DNA of 64,000 nucleotides from Bacteroidales bacterium (GTDB lineage Bacteria; Bacteroidota; Bacteroidia; Bacteroidales; UBA932): NCBI GenBank assembly GCA_017619675.1, contig JAFZRX010000006.1, positions 2,616 to 66,615 of the forward strand, read 5' to 3'. Shown piece by piece: positions 54,550 to 64,000 of this stretch (position 1 is its first letter; each line of letters starts with the position of its first letter). The notes under the pieces were generated by a model. It saw only the letters and a program-made list of their open reading frames with translations, ran no database searches and was not told where the DNA came from. The position numbers and the translations under genes were made by a program.

Positions 54550-55629
54550 ATGGTACTGTCACTGAATAAAGAACAGAAACAAAATTGTTTCAGCCATCTC
54601 CGGGGTCTTCTGGACGCCCGGATTGCCGGCGCTCAGGAGTATTTCCTGAATGTGGGCGGCGTCAAGACAGTCCGCGTGCTTTCCTGCGACCCTGAGGCCG
54701 CTCCAATGATAAGGCATCAGTTGGCCTGGTCGCTGACATCCCCTGTTTCCAAACCTGATGCTACGCTGGTCCTCTGGCGTGATACGGTGGACGGAGAATT
54801 CCACAAACGGTCCCTGGGCCTTGACATAGATGACGACGGCTCCGGAGAGAACCTGATCCTTGCCCTCCGTGAAGACGGCGGCCTCAGGACTTTTGGCGAA
54901 TTCAGTTACGAGAACAAGACGGCGTTCCTGACAGACGGAGACACCTCCTATTACTGCGTGGAGAGTTTCGAGGCTGAAGAATGGATAAAGGAAGGACATC
55001 TGTTCGTACATTGGCTGTACAAGGTGGCGGACACGCCGGCGTCGCACCTGGTGCACGGCGCCTGCATAGGCATGGGCGGGAGCGGCGTGTTGATGTGCGC
55101 GCGCGGCCAGCGCGGCAAATCAACCCTGGCCGTGACCGCCATGCTCCGCGGCTTCGAGTACGTCTCTGACGATTACCTCATCCTTGAAAACTCCGATGAA
55201 GGGCTCACCGCATCGCCCATCTACTCCATTATAACGCTGTCCCCGCGGATGTACGCCGCCTTGTACGATGACCTGGACAGGGCGCGCTTCATATGCAACA
55301 ACGCCCGCAAGGACAAATATGTCTTTGACATATCCGGCTACGCCGATGCGCTCCGCAGGAACTATCCCATAAAGGCCTGCATATTCCCGGAAATAGACAC
55401 TTCCCTGTCCGAAGCCGTGATAGAGCCATGCACCGCCGCCCAGAAAGGGCGCGCGATCACGCACCTCATCCACTCCACCGTCATGCAGATGCAGGTCCAG
55501 GGAGACGCGTCAACGGTGCGTAAACTCATCGGCATGTTGCAGGGACTCCCCTTCTATTCCATGAGGCTTTGTCCTGATATTTTCGGAAATGTTGAAACCA
55601 TGAGAAAATTCTTGCTATCTTGCAAGTAA
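54550..55629 (+). CDS. HPr-kinase-C-terminal-domain-like serine kinase (HprK-related)
   Basis: 359 aa. P-loop GGSGVLMCARGQRGKSTLAVTAMLRGFEYVSDDYLIL parallels HprK G-x-S-G-x-GKS...ADD. Confidence 0.6.
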   Translation: MVLSLNKEQKQNCFSHLRGLLDARIAGAQEYFLNVGGVKTVRVLSCDPEAAPMIRHQLAWSLTSPVSKPDATLVLWRDTVDGEFHKRSLGLDIDDDGSGENLILALREDGGLRTFGEFSYENKTAFLTDGDTSYYCVESFEAEEWIKEGHLFVHWLYKVADTPASHLVHGACIGMGGSGVLMCARGQRGKSTLAVTAMLRGFEYVSDDYLILENSDEGLTASPIYSIITLSPRMYAALYDDLDRARFICNNARKDKYVFDISGYADALRRNYPIKACIFPEIDTSLSEAVIEPCTAAQKGRAITHLIHSTVMQMQVQGDASTVRKLIGMLQGLPFYSMRLCPDIFGNVETMRKFLLSCK

Positions 55630-55641
55630 TCATCCTGACCT

Positions 55642-56064
55642 ATGGAATCAAGAAACTATCAGTTGAACGAATCTAAGATGTTCGCCGACGTCACGGACGG
55701 CATCGCCATCATAATAAACGCCTCCACCGGAATCTACTACGGAATGAACGGTTACGGAACCGGGATCTTCAGCAACCTGCTTGAAGGATCTTCCACTGCC
55801 GATGTGCTGGCCGCCATAAAGGCGCTCCCCGGCGCCCCGGACAACGTAGAAACGGCGCTGGAGGCATTCCTGGAAACCCTCCTAGGCTTTGAAATCATAA
55901 TCCCAGCGCCAGAGAGCGCCAGGGAGGCTTCCCTGGTGGCAAAGGACGCCGTCTTTGACCAGTTCATCCCCGTCTGCAAGGAATACAAGGACGTCCAGGA
56001 ACTGCTCTTCGCCGACCCTATCCATGAAGTAAGCGAGGAGGAAGGCTGGAAACCGGAAAAATAA
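55642..56064 (+). CDS. PqqD-family (RiPP recognition element-like) protein
   Basis: 140 aa. FADVTDGIAIIINASTGIYYGMNGYGTGIFSNLLEGSSTADVLAAI follows the PqqD pattern (e..ll....g.yy.LN..g..iW..l.g..t..ei). Confidence 0.6.
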   Translation: MESRNYQLNESKMFADVTDGIAIIINASTGIYYGMNGYGTGIFSNLLEGSSTADVLAAIKALPGAPDNVETALEAFLETLLGFEIIIPAPESAREASLVAKDAVFDQFIPVCKEYKDVQELLFADPIHEVSEEEGWKPEK

Positions 56065-56073
56065 ACCTTCCCA

Positions 56074-57018
56074 ATGCCGGCCGTATCTGTCATAGTCCCC
56101 GTATACAACGCCGAGGCCTTCCTGGACAAATGTCTGGAAAGCCTTACCGGCCAGACATTCCGGGACCTGGAGATATTATGTGTGGACGATTGCTCCACGG
56201 ACGGCTCCCCCGCCATCCTTAAGGCGTGGGCTGAAAATGACGGCAGGATAAAGGTGCTGTCGTTTGCGGAGAACCGCGGCCCTTCCGCGGCGCGCAACGC
56301 CGCCCTGGAAGCCGCGGCCGGTGACTACGTCGCCTTTGTGGACAGCGACGATTTCGTGGCCCCCGATTTCCTGGAGAAGCTGTACGGCGCCGCAGTCAGG
56401 GAGCAGGCGGATGTGGCAAAGGGTACAATGATGAACTACGATCCCAGGAAGGACAGCGTTTATCAGAGGGAAATCTTCAACCTGAACTACCGTATCAGGC
56501 AGCACAAGGCCTGGTTCTTCATGACATATACCACTGCCATTTACCGCACTGAAATGCTGCGCGGCGGCGGAATCCGCTTCAACGAGGCACTCCGTTTCTT
56601 CGAGGATCCGCATTTCTCCATAATGGCTGCATTCCACTATGACAAAGTTGCCGTAGTGGATGACGCATTCTATTATTATACGGACAATCCACAATCAGTG
56701 ACGCGTGCAGAAAATGGCACCAGGCCCATCCAGGACCTGATTTCCGGCGCCAACGATATCCTGGATACAATGGATGCTCTGAAGATAGACGGCAGGCATT
56801 ACAGCATTGTGTTCGCATTCCTGATTGACCAGTTTGCCGGCTGGTTCCAGAAGTACTACGCCACAGATGCGGTTACTGAACTGGCCGCATCCGGCTTCAG
56901 CGGGATAGTTGCCAGGTGCAGGGATTTCCAGGCATGCATGAAGGAGTATCTGTTCTTCCGGAAAGAATCCGACCGCAGGAACCTGATCAGACAAATCAAG
57001 AAGGACCTGCATGGCTGA
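56074..57018 (+). CDS. Family 2 glycosyltransferase
   Basis: 314 aa. VSVIVPVYNAEAFLDKCLESL...VDDCSTDGS...RGPSAARNAALEAAAGDYVAFVDSDD is the canonical GT2 (GT-A, DxD) N-terminal domain. Confidence 0.85.
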   Translation: MPAVSVIVPVYNAEAFLDKCLESLTGQTFRDLEILCVDDCSTDGSPAILKAWAENDGRIKVLSFAENRGPSAARNAALEAAAGDYVAFVDSDDFVAPDFLEKLYGAAVREQADVAKGTMMNYDPRKDSVYQREIFNLNYRIRQHKAWFFMTYTTAIYRTEMLRGGGIRFNEALRFFEDPHFSIMAAFHYDKVAVVDDAFYYYTDNPQSVTRAENGTRPIQDLISGANDILDTMDALKIDGRHYSIVFAFLIDQFAGWFQKYYATDAVTELAASGFSGIVARCRDFQACMKEYLFFRKESDRRNLIRQIKKDLHG

Positions 57019-57994
57019 GATATCTGTAATCATTCCGGTATTCAATACTGAAAAGTACCTGGGCAGATGCCTGGATTCAGTCCTGGGACAGACTCTCGGG
57101 GACATCGAGGTTATCTGCGTGGACGATTGCTCCACAGACGGGTCAGCAGCGCTCCTTGCGGGGAGGGCGGCACAGGACGGCAGGATCAAGGTCATCGGGT
57201 TGAAGGAGAATTCCGGGCCTTCAAAGGCGCGCAACAGCGGGATCGAGGCGGCAGAAGGCAAATATGTTTACTTCCTTGATTCAGATGACTGGATCGATCC
57301 GGATTATCTGTCGCAGATGCTCCTGAAGGCAAATGAAACAGGCCGTGACGTGATAATCAACTGTAACTATGTAAAGGAGTACGACGGAACCGGGAAAAAG
57401 GAATACAGCACCAGGTTCGGCTTCTTGGAGGATGAAGCGCATGCGTATGATACTGCAACGGTTGAATTGATGTTCCCGCCGGTACTATGGGCCAGGCTGT
57501 ACAAGCGCAGATACTTGATTGACAATAATATATGGTTCCCGGACCTTAGAGGTGGCGGTGAGGACAATTACTTCACCACGCTGGCGGAACTGCCACTGGA
57601 GGACATCTATGTGTTCCGCGGACCGTACTATCATTATTATCAGCGGGACGACTCCCTTGCGCATCTGAAAACCGCCGGATATGACTTCATCAAGAGCTTC
57701 AGGGCTTTATATGATGAACTGCTGTCACGGGGGCTCCCGACGGAAGGGATCAGACTGTTCTACGCAGGTCCCCTGCTGATAGATTCGGAAGAGAAGTTCA
57801 ATTACATAAAGGATTTCCTGCAGGAAATCCGTCCGCAGGTGCTGAGCCATCAGGAAAGGTATATAGCCCTGGACCTGTATCTGCTGGAAGCGGTGACTTC
57901 CAGCGCTGATTATGCGGATTTCCTGTCACGCCACAACCCTAATATATCAATAGACTTTATCCGTAACCGGATGAGGCAGACCGCAAAGCAATGA
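57011..57994 (+). CDS. Family 2 glycosyltransferase (tandem paralogue)
   Basis: 327 aa. ISVIIPVFNTEKYLGRCLDSV...VDDCSTDGS...SGPSKARNSGIEAAEGKYVYFLDSDD. It overlaps the previous gene by 8 nt. Confidence 0.85.
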   Translation: MAEISVIIPVFNTEKYLGRCLDSVLGQTLGDIEVICVDDCSTDGSAALLAGRAAQDGRIKVIGLKENSGPSKARNSGIEAAEGKYVYFLDSDDWIDPDYLSQMLLKANETGRDVIINCNYVKEYDGTGKKEYSTRFGFLEDEAHAYDTATVELMFPPVLWARLYKRRYLIDNNIWFPDLRGGGEDNYFTTLAELPLEDIYVFRGPYYHYYQRDDSLAHLKTAGYDFIKSFRALYDELLSRGLPTEGIRLFYAGPLLIDSEEKFNYIKDFLQEIRPQVLSHQERYIALDLYLLEAVTSSADYADFLSRHNPNISIDFIRNRMRQTAKQ

Positions 57995-58656
57995 CACCGC
58001 TGGTTTCAGTTATAATGCCCGTGAAGAACGGCAGCAACTACATCAGGGAGGCTTTGGACAGCCTCCTGAAGCAGGGCTGCCGCCTGGAAATCATCGTGGT
58101 GGACGACGGTTCGGAGGACAATACGGCAGACATTGCAAGGGAGTATGGCTGCGTTGTTTTGTCACACGGATCTTCTTTGGGGCCTGTAGTGGCAAAGAAT
58201 ACGGGACTGAAGGCGGCCACCGGAGATTATGTGTTGTTCATGGACCATGACGACAGGATGCGGCCGGGCGCGCTGAAGGCGCTGTGCTCTGCCCTGGCGG
58301 AGGACGCCCAAGCCGCCGCCGTGCAGGCGAAGGTCCGGGACTTCAAGTCCCCGGACTGCGCCGACGCCACCGTTGCCGTCAGGCCTGAACCTTACTACGG
58401 ACTGTTTACCGGAGCAATCCTGATACGGCGTTCAGCCTTTGACATAATCGGGCCTTTCTCCACAGCGCAGACTGCCGGAGAGATAATTGACTGGACTGAC
58501 AGGATGCAACAGAATGGACTGGCTGTCAAGAAGATAGACCTGGTTTCCACGGACCGCAGGGTCCACGCAAACAATTTCGGGCGCACCAGGCGCATCCAGG
58601 AATTGAAAGACTATGCCGCCATCCTCAGGGCCAGGCTGGCCAAAACCACAAAATAG
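57991..58656 (+). CDS. Family 2 glycosyltransferase (short form)
   Basis: 221 aa. [21 protein letters not shown]...[10 protein letters not shown]...[25 protein letters not shown]. It has a 4-nt overlap with the previous gene. Confidence 0.8.
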   Translation: MTPLVSVIMPVKNGSNYIREALDSLLKQGCRLEIIVVDDGSEDNTADIAREYGCVVLSHGSSLGPVVAKNTGLKAATGDYVLFMDHDDRMRPGALKALCSALAEDAQAAAVQAKVRDFKSPDCADATVAVRPEPYYGLFTGAILIRRSAFDIIGPFSTAQTAGEIIDWTDRMQQNGLAVKKIDLVSTDRRVHANNFGRTRRIQELKDYAAILRARLAKTTK

Positions 58657-58658
58657 AT

Positions 58659-60968
58659 ATGAAACGAGTAACCGTCATACTGGCTGCGGCGCTGATACTG
58701 GGCGCCTGCACCCCCGTACACAAAGGGAACCTGACATTGCATTATGACCGCCCCGCGGAGTTCTTCGAGGAGGCGCTGCCCATTGGCAACGGACGCATAG
58801 GCGCCATGGTATATGGCGCGGCGTCCGGCGAGGAGCGCCTCTCACTCAACGACATCACGCTGTGGAGCGGCGAGCCTGACAAGGGCCCGGAGCATCCGGA
58901 TATGAAGATGCTGGGCCTTACAGGCGATGGCGTGGAGGCGCTGGAGGCCGTCCGCGAAGCGCTTTCGCAGGAGGATTACCGCACTGCGGAAAGGCTGCAG
59001 CGGGGCCTGCAGGGGCATTATTCGGAGTCATACCTACCCCTTGGGAACCTACGCATTAAGTACCTTGACTCGGAGGAAATCAGCGATTATGAGAGGAGCC
59101 TGGACATATCGCGCGCTGTAGCGGAAGTCCGCTGCAGGAAAGGCGGAAAGCCTTTCGAGGCGGAGTATTGGGCATCGGCGCCTGATTCTGTGATCGTGGT
59201 CAGGATATTGGCAAATGACATCCAGGCGGACGTGGTGCTGGACAGTCAGTTGTCGCACAGCGTAGAGAGCCGTGACGGGCAGCTGGTCATGGACGGCTAC
59301 GCTCCGTGGCATGCGTACCCCAATTATTACCGCGGGCCGCGCGTGCAAGGGCCTCTTGACGATCCGGAGCGAGGGGTGCATTTCAGGACCGTCCTGGCAG
59401 TGAAGCATCGCGGAGGCACGGTCACCTCTGAAGGAGGTGTCCTCAAACTCCGCGGATGCCGCGAGGTTGAACTGAGGCTGGTGAACGCGACCAGTTTCAA
59501 CGGGTTTGACAAGGATCCCGTCAAGGAGGGGCTTCCTTATAGGGAGATGGCTGACGCTGCGGCAAAGCGCGTGGCGGCCACAGGCGCCAGGCAGTTGCTG
59601 AAGCGTCATATAGCGGATTACAGGTCATTCTTCGACCGTGTAACCCTATGGCTGGGAGATACGCCGGAGGAAGTGAAAAAGCTCCCTACGGACGTGCAGT
59701 TGAAGCGCTATACGGACCTGGAGGAAAGCAATCCGGAACTGGAGGCTCTGTATGTACAGTACGGCAGATATCTGCTGATTGCCAGTTCCCGTACCCCGGG
59801 CGTACCGGCCAATCTGCAGGGTCTCTGGAACGAGAACATGGTACCGCCATGGAGCGGCAACTATACCCTGAATATCAACGTGGAAGAGAACTACTGGCCC
59901 GCCGAGGTTGCAGCGCTGGGAGACCTTCACAGGCCGCTGCTGGACTTTGTCCACAACCTGAGCAAGAACGGCCAGACAGTTGCGCGGAAGATGTACGGCG
60001 TGCAGCGCGGCTGGAATGCAGGGCATAACTCTGATATATGGGCAATGGCTACGCCTGTGGGCCTTGGCCTGAATTCCGGAGTGCCGCAATGGGCCAACTG
60101 GACCATGGGCGGCGCCTGGCTGGCCACGCATCTGTGGGAGCATTACCTGTTTGGAAGGAACATGGATGAATTGCGGGAGGACTACCCTGTCCTCAAGGGA
60201 GCCGCGGAATTCTGTCTGGACTTCCTGGTGGAGAAAGACGGAGAACTGATCACCAGTCCTGGCACATCTCCGGAGAACGACTATATAACGCCTGACGGCT
60301 ACATTGGATCAACGCTTTATGGCGCCACGGCTGACCTGGCCATCATCAGGGAATGCCTGCAGGACGCTGTCGCTGCCGCTAACGAACTTGGAACAGACGC
60401 TGCTTTTGTACAGGAAGCGGAGGCCGCCCTTTCGCGCCTTCGTCCGTACCACATAGACCAGGAAGGCAAACTCCAGGAATGGTACTACCCTTGGCCGGAC
60501 CGCGACCCCCAGCACCGCCACCAGTCCCATCTGTTCGGCGTCTATCCGGGGCATCAGATAGAGGCGGGTTCGGCATTTGCTTCTGCCGCTCACCGCACGC
60601 TTGAGATCCGCGGCTTCGAGACCACGGGCTGGAGCTGCGGCTGGCGCATCAACCTGTACGCCCGCCTTGGAGACGGCGAGAACGCGTACAGGATGTTCCG
60701 CCGCCTGCTCCGCTACGTAAGTCCTGACAACTACCGGGAAGAGGACGCCAGGCGCGGCGGCGGCACCTACCCCAACCTTCTGGATTCACATAATCCCTTC
60801 CAGATAGACGGCAACTTTGGCGGCTGTTCCGGAGTGCTGGAAATGCTTCTGCAGAGCGGTGCTGACGGCTCCGTGGAGCGGCTTCCGGCCCTGCCGAAGG
60901 CCTGGCCGGAAGGCCGCGTCACGGGCCTCCGCACCCGCGGCGGCAAGACCGTGGACATCTCCTGGTAA
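58659..60968 (+). CDS. GH95 alpha-L-fucosidase-type lipoprotein
   Basis: 769 aa with lipobox [38 protein letters not shown]...[14 protein letters not shown] is the GH95 N-terminal signature. It starts 2 nt after the GT2 stop. Confidence 0.8.
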   Translation: MKRVTVILAAALILGACTPVHKGNLTLHYDRPAEFFEEALPIGNGRIGAMVYGAASGEERLSLNDITLWSGEPDKGPEHPDMKMLGLTGDGVEALEAVREALSQEDYRTAERLQRGLQGHYSESYLPLGNLRIKYLDSEEISDYERSLDISRAVAEVRCRKGGKPFEAEYWASAPDSVIVVRILANDIQADVVLDSQLSHSVESRDGQLVMDGYAPWHAYPNYYRGPRVQGPLDDPERGVHFRTVLAVKHRGGTVTSEGGVLKLRGCREVELRLVNATSFNGFDKDPVKEGLPYREMADAAAKRVAATGARQLLKRHIADYRSFFDRVTLWLGDTPEEVKKLPTDVQLKRYTDLEESNPELEALYVQYGRYLLIASSRTPGVPANLQGLWNENMVPPWSGNYTLNINVEENYWPAEVAALGDLHRPLLDFVHNLSKNGQTVARKMYGVQRGWNAGHNSDIWAMATPVGLGLNSGVPQWANWTMGGAWLATHLWEHYLFGRNMDELREDYPVLKGAAEFCLDFLVEKDGELITSPGTSPENDYITPDGYIGSTLYGATADLAIIRECLQDAVAAANELGTDAAFVQEAEAALSRLRPYHIDQEGKLQEWYYPWPDRDPQHRHQSHLFGVYPGHQIEAGSAFASAAHRTLEIRGFETTGWSCGWRINLYARLGDGENAYRMFRRLLRYVSPDNYREEDARRGGGTYPNLLDSHNPFQIDGNFGGCSGVLEMLLQSGADGSVERLPALPKAWPEGRVTGLRTRGGKTVDISW

Positions 60969-60982
60969 TATTTGATTTGGGA

Positions 60983-61879
60983 TTAAGCCTTGGGGTTCTT
61001 GGCCGGCTCCATATGCAAAGTGACAATGGTGCCTTCCCCAAAGCGCTCTTTGAGCTTGTGTTCTATCTCGGAAGTAATCTGATGGACGGTATCCAGAGTC
61101 ATGGAGCCGTCCATCCTTATATGAGCCTCTATGGCCACCTTGTTGCCAATGTGACGGGTACGCAGGTTATGCGGCTCTGAAACTTCCGGGAAAGAAGATA
61201 TTATGTCAACTATTTCTGTTTCCTGGGCGTCAGAAAGGGATTCATCCGTGAGTTCTCCCAGACAGGGGCGAAGAATCTTGCAGGCGACTGCCACCAGCAT
61301 CGCTCCCACCACAATTGAGGCGATGGGATCCAACACAGTCCAGCGTCCTCCCAGCAGCACCGCGCCTCCGATTCCTATGGCTGCGCCAACGGAAGAGAGC
61401 GCGTCGCTGCGGTGATGCCACGCATTTGCCACCAGCGCCTGCGAATCCAGGGCACGGCCCCTGCGCGCCGTATACTGATACATCAGTTCCTTTACGGCGA
61501 TGGACGCGACCGCCACCCAGAAAGCCAGTTTACCCGGGCTCTGCAGGTCCGCTCCGCCCAGCCATGAGGCAAACTTGGTCGCTCCATTGACTATGATGCC
61601 GATGGCGGCCCCTATCAATGCAAGTCCTACCAGAAGAGAAGCCAGCGTCTCGAACTTGCCGTGGCCGTAATCGTGCGAAGTGTCCTGCGGACGCGCGCTG
61701 ATGCCCACGAACACCAGTACTATGACGTCCGTAAGGAAATCCGAAAGGGAATGCACGGCATCCGCGATCATGGCGGAACTGTGCCCCACCACGCCCGCGA
61801 TGAACTTCATGATGACAAGGAGCACGTTGCCCGCACTCCCCACCAAAGTGATCCTGCGTATCTTTTCTTCCCTTTCCAT
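60983..61879 (-). CDS. Cation diffusion facilitator (CDF) family metal efflux transporter
   Basis: 298 aa. SAMIADAVHSLSDFLTD...HDYGHGKFE...NAWHHRSDALSS... and a C-terminal cytoplasmic domain are typical of CDF. Confidence 0.8.
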   Translation of the reverse strand: MEREEKIRRITLVGSAGNVLLVIMKFIAGVVGHSSAMIADAVHSLSDFLTDVIVLVFVGISARPQDTSHDYGHGKFETLASLLVGLALIGAAIGIIVNGATKFASWLGGADLQSPGKLAFWVAVASIAVKELMYQYTARRGRALDSQALVANAWHHRSDALSSVGAAIGIGGAVLLGGRWTVLDPIASIVVGAMLVAVACKILRPCLGELTDESLSDAQETEIVDIISSFPEVSEPHNLRTRHIGNKVAIEAHIRMDGSMTLDTVHQITSEIEHKLKERFGEGTIVTLHMEPAKNPKA

Positions 61880-61902
61880 AGTTTAATTCCAGGCGGGCGG
61901 CC

Positions 61903-62616
61903 TTACTTGATGAAATTGGTAAAGACCGGACGGTCTGACGGGCCCGGCATAGGCTTGCCGCCTGTGGCCTTCAGCAGGGCGGCCATGTTGTTTGCCAGGG
62001 TGCGCATGGTCTGCATTCCTTCAGCATCCTCAGCCACCTGGCCCTGGGACTGGCCATATCCGATGTTCCAGTACTGGGAAGTGACAACCGGCATGTTCAT
62101 CATCATGAACGGCATGTTCATGGTCTGGAACGATGCGGTGGCGCCTCCCCTGCGGCACACTGCGAAAGCCGCCGCCGGCTTGCCCGATAGGGCGCCTCCG
62201 GCGGAATAGCACAGCCTCTGTACAATGGCCAGCACCGCACCGTTGGGCTGCCCGTAATAAACGGGCGAACCAACGATCAGCGCGTCGCATTCCTGCATCT
62301 TTACGGCAACCTGGTTGCAGATGTCATCGTCAAAGATGCACTTGCCGTCAGCCCTGCAGCGTCCGCAGGCGATGCATCCGTGTACCGGAGACATGCCTAT
62401 CCACACAATCTCGCTGTCTATTCCATTCTCTTTCAGTTGGTTGGCCGCTTCCTGCAGCGCCGTTGCGGTGTTGCCGTTCTGGTGGGGGCTACCGTTGATC
62501 ATCAATACTTTCATCTTCTTTGTAGTTTGGGCGCACGCCGTCTCCACCAGCGGAGCTACCGCTACCGCCGTGGCGGCTATCGCCGCGTTCTTTATAAATT
62601 CTCTTCTGGTTGACAT
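61903..62616 (-). CDS. Flavodoxin-like/NADPH-dependent FMN reductase family protein with Tat-type signal and Cys cluster
   Basis: 237 aa. N-terminus MSTRREFIKNAAIAATAVAVAPL. VLMINGSPHQNGNT (flavodoxin-like fold), CIACGRCRADGKC, and GSPVYYG. Confidence 0.6.
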   Translation of the reverse strand: MSTRREFIKNAAIAATAVAVAPLVETACAQTTKKMKVLMINGSPHQNGNTATALQEAANQLKENGIDSEIVWIGMSPVHGCIACGRCRADGKCIFDDDICNQVAVKMQECDALIVGSPVYYGQPNGAVLAIVQRLCYSAGGALSGKPAAAFAVCRRGGATASFQTMNMPFMMMNMPVVTSQYWNIGYGQSQGQVAEDAEGMQTMRTLANNMAALLKATGGKPMPGPSDRPVFTNFIK

Positions 62617-62671
62617 ATATGCAAATATAATAAAATGCCTAAATTAGCATCACATTTAATAACACTCCACT

Positions 62672-64000
62672 ATGCGAAAACTTTTCATCATCGCCGCGCT
62701 TGCCGCAGCATTCCTCTTACCGGCCTCCGCCCAGTTTGGCGGGGCAAACGTAAACCGCGATTCCCTTCGTGCCATTTCCGTCCAGGACCACGCCCAGATG
62801 ATGTCCCAACTGGGCATCACCAGCGTACGCCCGCCCCTTGACGGCTACGCGACTGAAGGCCCTGACGCAGCCAACTACGACGAACTCACCGCCAACCCAT
62901 ATCCTTTCTATCCCGATGTGCTCACCACCTTCAGCGGCAAGAAAGTGACCACGGCCGAGCAGTGGTTCAACGAACGCCGGCCGGAACTTGTCCGGGTTTT
63001 CGAGGACGAAGTGTATGGCCGCGTGCCCGACAACGTTCCCTCCATACGCTGGAAAGTTGTGAAGGAAGAAAAGATGATGATGGAAGACATCCCCTGCATC
63101 TATCGCGAACTCGCAGGTATTGCGGACAATTCCGCATTTCCCTCAATAGAGGTTTCCATCCAGGCCTGCGTGCTCTGGCCGGAGAATGCGCCAAAGAACA
63201 TACCGGTTATAGTGGAGTTCGGCTACATGCTTGGAAACGCCCCGATGATGCGCCCTGGCGCTCCTGCCACCAAGTCCTGGCAGCAGCAGGTGGTAGAGCG
63301 CGGCTGGGCTGCGGCATCCATTGTCACCGGCAGCATCCAGCCTGACGGTGGATATGGTCTCCGCAGCGGCATCGTGGGCCTCACCAACAAGGGCGCATAC
63401 CGCAAGCCCACTGACTGGGGCTCACTGCGCGCCTGGGGCTGGGGAGCATCCAAGCTTATCGACTATTTCGAGGGCGAGCCTCAGTTCGATGCCACCAAGG
63501 TGGCCATCGAAGGCTGCTCGCGCAACGGAAAGGCGGCGCTCGTGGCCATGGCCTTCGACCAGCGCTTCGCCGCTGGATTCATCGCATCGTCCGGAAAAGG
63601 AGGCGCGGCCCCTTGGCGCCGCAACTGCGGAGAAAGCATCACCAACCTCACGGACAGCGGAGAATACCACTGGATGTGCGGCAACTTCATCAAATACGGT
63701 TCGGACCCTATGACCGAAGATGACCTCCCCATTGACCAGCACGAACTCATCGCGCTTTGCGCACCGCGTCTCTGCCTCATCTCCGCAGGCCAGCACCAGC
63801 ATGACAAATGGCAGGACATCGTGGGAATGTTCATGGCCGCTTCAAAGGCCACACCCGTATATGAACTTGTAGGGGCTAAGGGCCTGAGCACCGACATCTT
63901 CCCGGGTCAGGACTTCGGCCTCCTGGACGGACAGCTTTCCTACCGCCAGCATAACGGCGGCCACGAAGCCGGCCCCAACTGGCCCTACTTCCTGGACCTC
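62672..64000 (+). CDS. CE15 glucuronoyl esterase-like protein, partial (C-terminus beyond window end)
   Basis: ATG at 62672, with the frame open to the window end (443 codons by my own translation; not in the track because there is no stop). Signal peptide MRKLFIIAALAAAFLLPASAQ. AIEGCSRNGKAALV matches the CE15 G-C-S-R-x-G nucleophile motif. A late ...HNGGHEAGPNW is compatible with the catalytic His region. Confidence 0.7.
   Translation, partial: MRKLFIIAALAAAFLLPASAQFGGANVNRDSLRAISVQDHAQMMSQLGITSVRPPLDGYATEGPDAANYDELTANPYPFYPDVLTTFSGKKVTTAEQWFNERRPELVRVFEDEVYGRVPDNVPSIRWKVVKEEKMMMEDIPCIYRELAGIADNSAFPSIEVSIQACVLWPENAPKNIPVIVEFGYMLGNAPMMRPGAPATKSWQQQVVERGWAAASIVTGSIQPDGGYGLRSGIVGLTNKGAYRKPTDWGSLRAWGWGASKLIDYFEGEPQFDATKVAIEGCSRNGKAALVAMAFDQRFAAGFIASSGKGGAAPWRRNCGESITNLTDSGEYHWMCGNFIKYGSDPMTEDDLPIDQHELIALCAPRLCLISAGQHQHDKWQDIVGMFMAASKATPVYELVGAKGLSTDIFPGQDFGLLDGQLSYRQHNGGHEAGPNWPYFLDL

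Noticed and set aside
55752-57261. Minus-strand ORFs 55752-56297, 56176-56694 and 56695-57261 opposite the PqqD-like and GT2 genes
   Set aside because: They are antisense shadows. The plus frames have canonical GT2 and PqqD motifs.
59049-60143. Minus-strand ORFs 59049-59609 and 59646-60143 opposite GH95
   Set aside because: They are antisense shadows of a gene with a clear GH95 signature.

Overview
The window looks like a Bacteroidales chromosome segment: SusC/SusD pair, lipoprotein-type signal peptides, TAnnTTTG-type -7 boxes, and many glycan-degrading enzymes. No rRNA, tRNA, CRISPR array, transposase or integrase was recognised. The left third (1-17.4 kb) holds housekeeping and saccharolytic genes: a Tat-signal aldo/keto reductase, a CE1-like esterase, an alpha/beta hydrolase, a GH127-type enzyme, a PRTase-like/cytosine-permease pair, a three-component AmmeMemoRadiSam system with Memo and AMMECR1 fused, YciI, a thioesterase, GH9 and ElaA. 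The middle (17.4-33.2 kb) holds a SusC/SusD/DUF3823 PUL core, a second operon of TonB-dependent receptor, DUF4249, an unknown protein and GH97, and an alkaline phosphatase ending in a strong terminator. The standout is at 33.2-51.8 kb: a phage-tail-like contractile injection system (eCIS / T6SS-iv-like) locus. Its translationally coupled plus-strand operon encodes a zinc PLC/P1-nuclease-like protein, a DUF4255 cap, one sheath, two tube proteins, an unannotated 56-aa ORF, a tube-initiator-like protein, a VgrG-like spike, PAAR, gp25, a Baseplate-J protein, an Afp12-like protein and a 581-aa protein with a compositional break. The tape-measure gene and a DUF3108-like gene lie on the opposite strand, and no AAA+ ATPase is in the window. 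Directly abutting it (51.8-61.0 kb) is an unusual operon: a Wzx-like flippase, a PqqD-like / HPr-kinase-like / nucleotidyltransferase trio (the RiPP-tailoring combination, but with no cyclase, protease or precursor), three GT2 glycosyltransferases and a GH95 fucosidase. The right end carries a CDF transporter, a Tat-signal flavodoxin-like protein and a partial CE15 glucuronoyl esterase. All family assignments come from motif recognition by eye, not from database searches.
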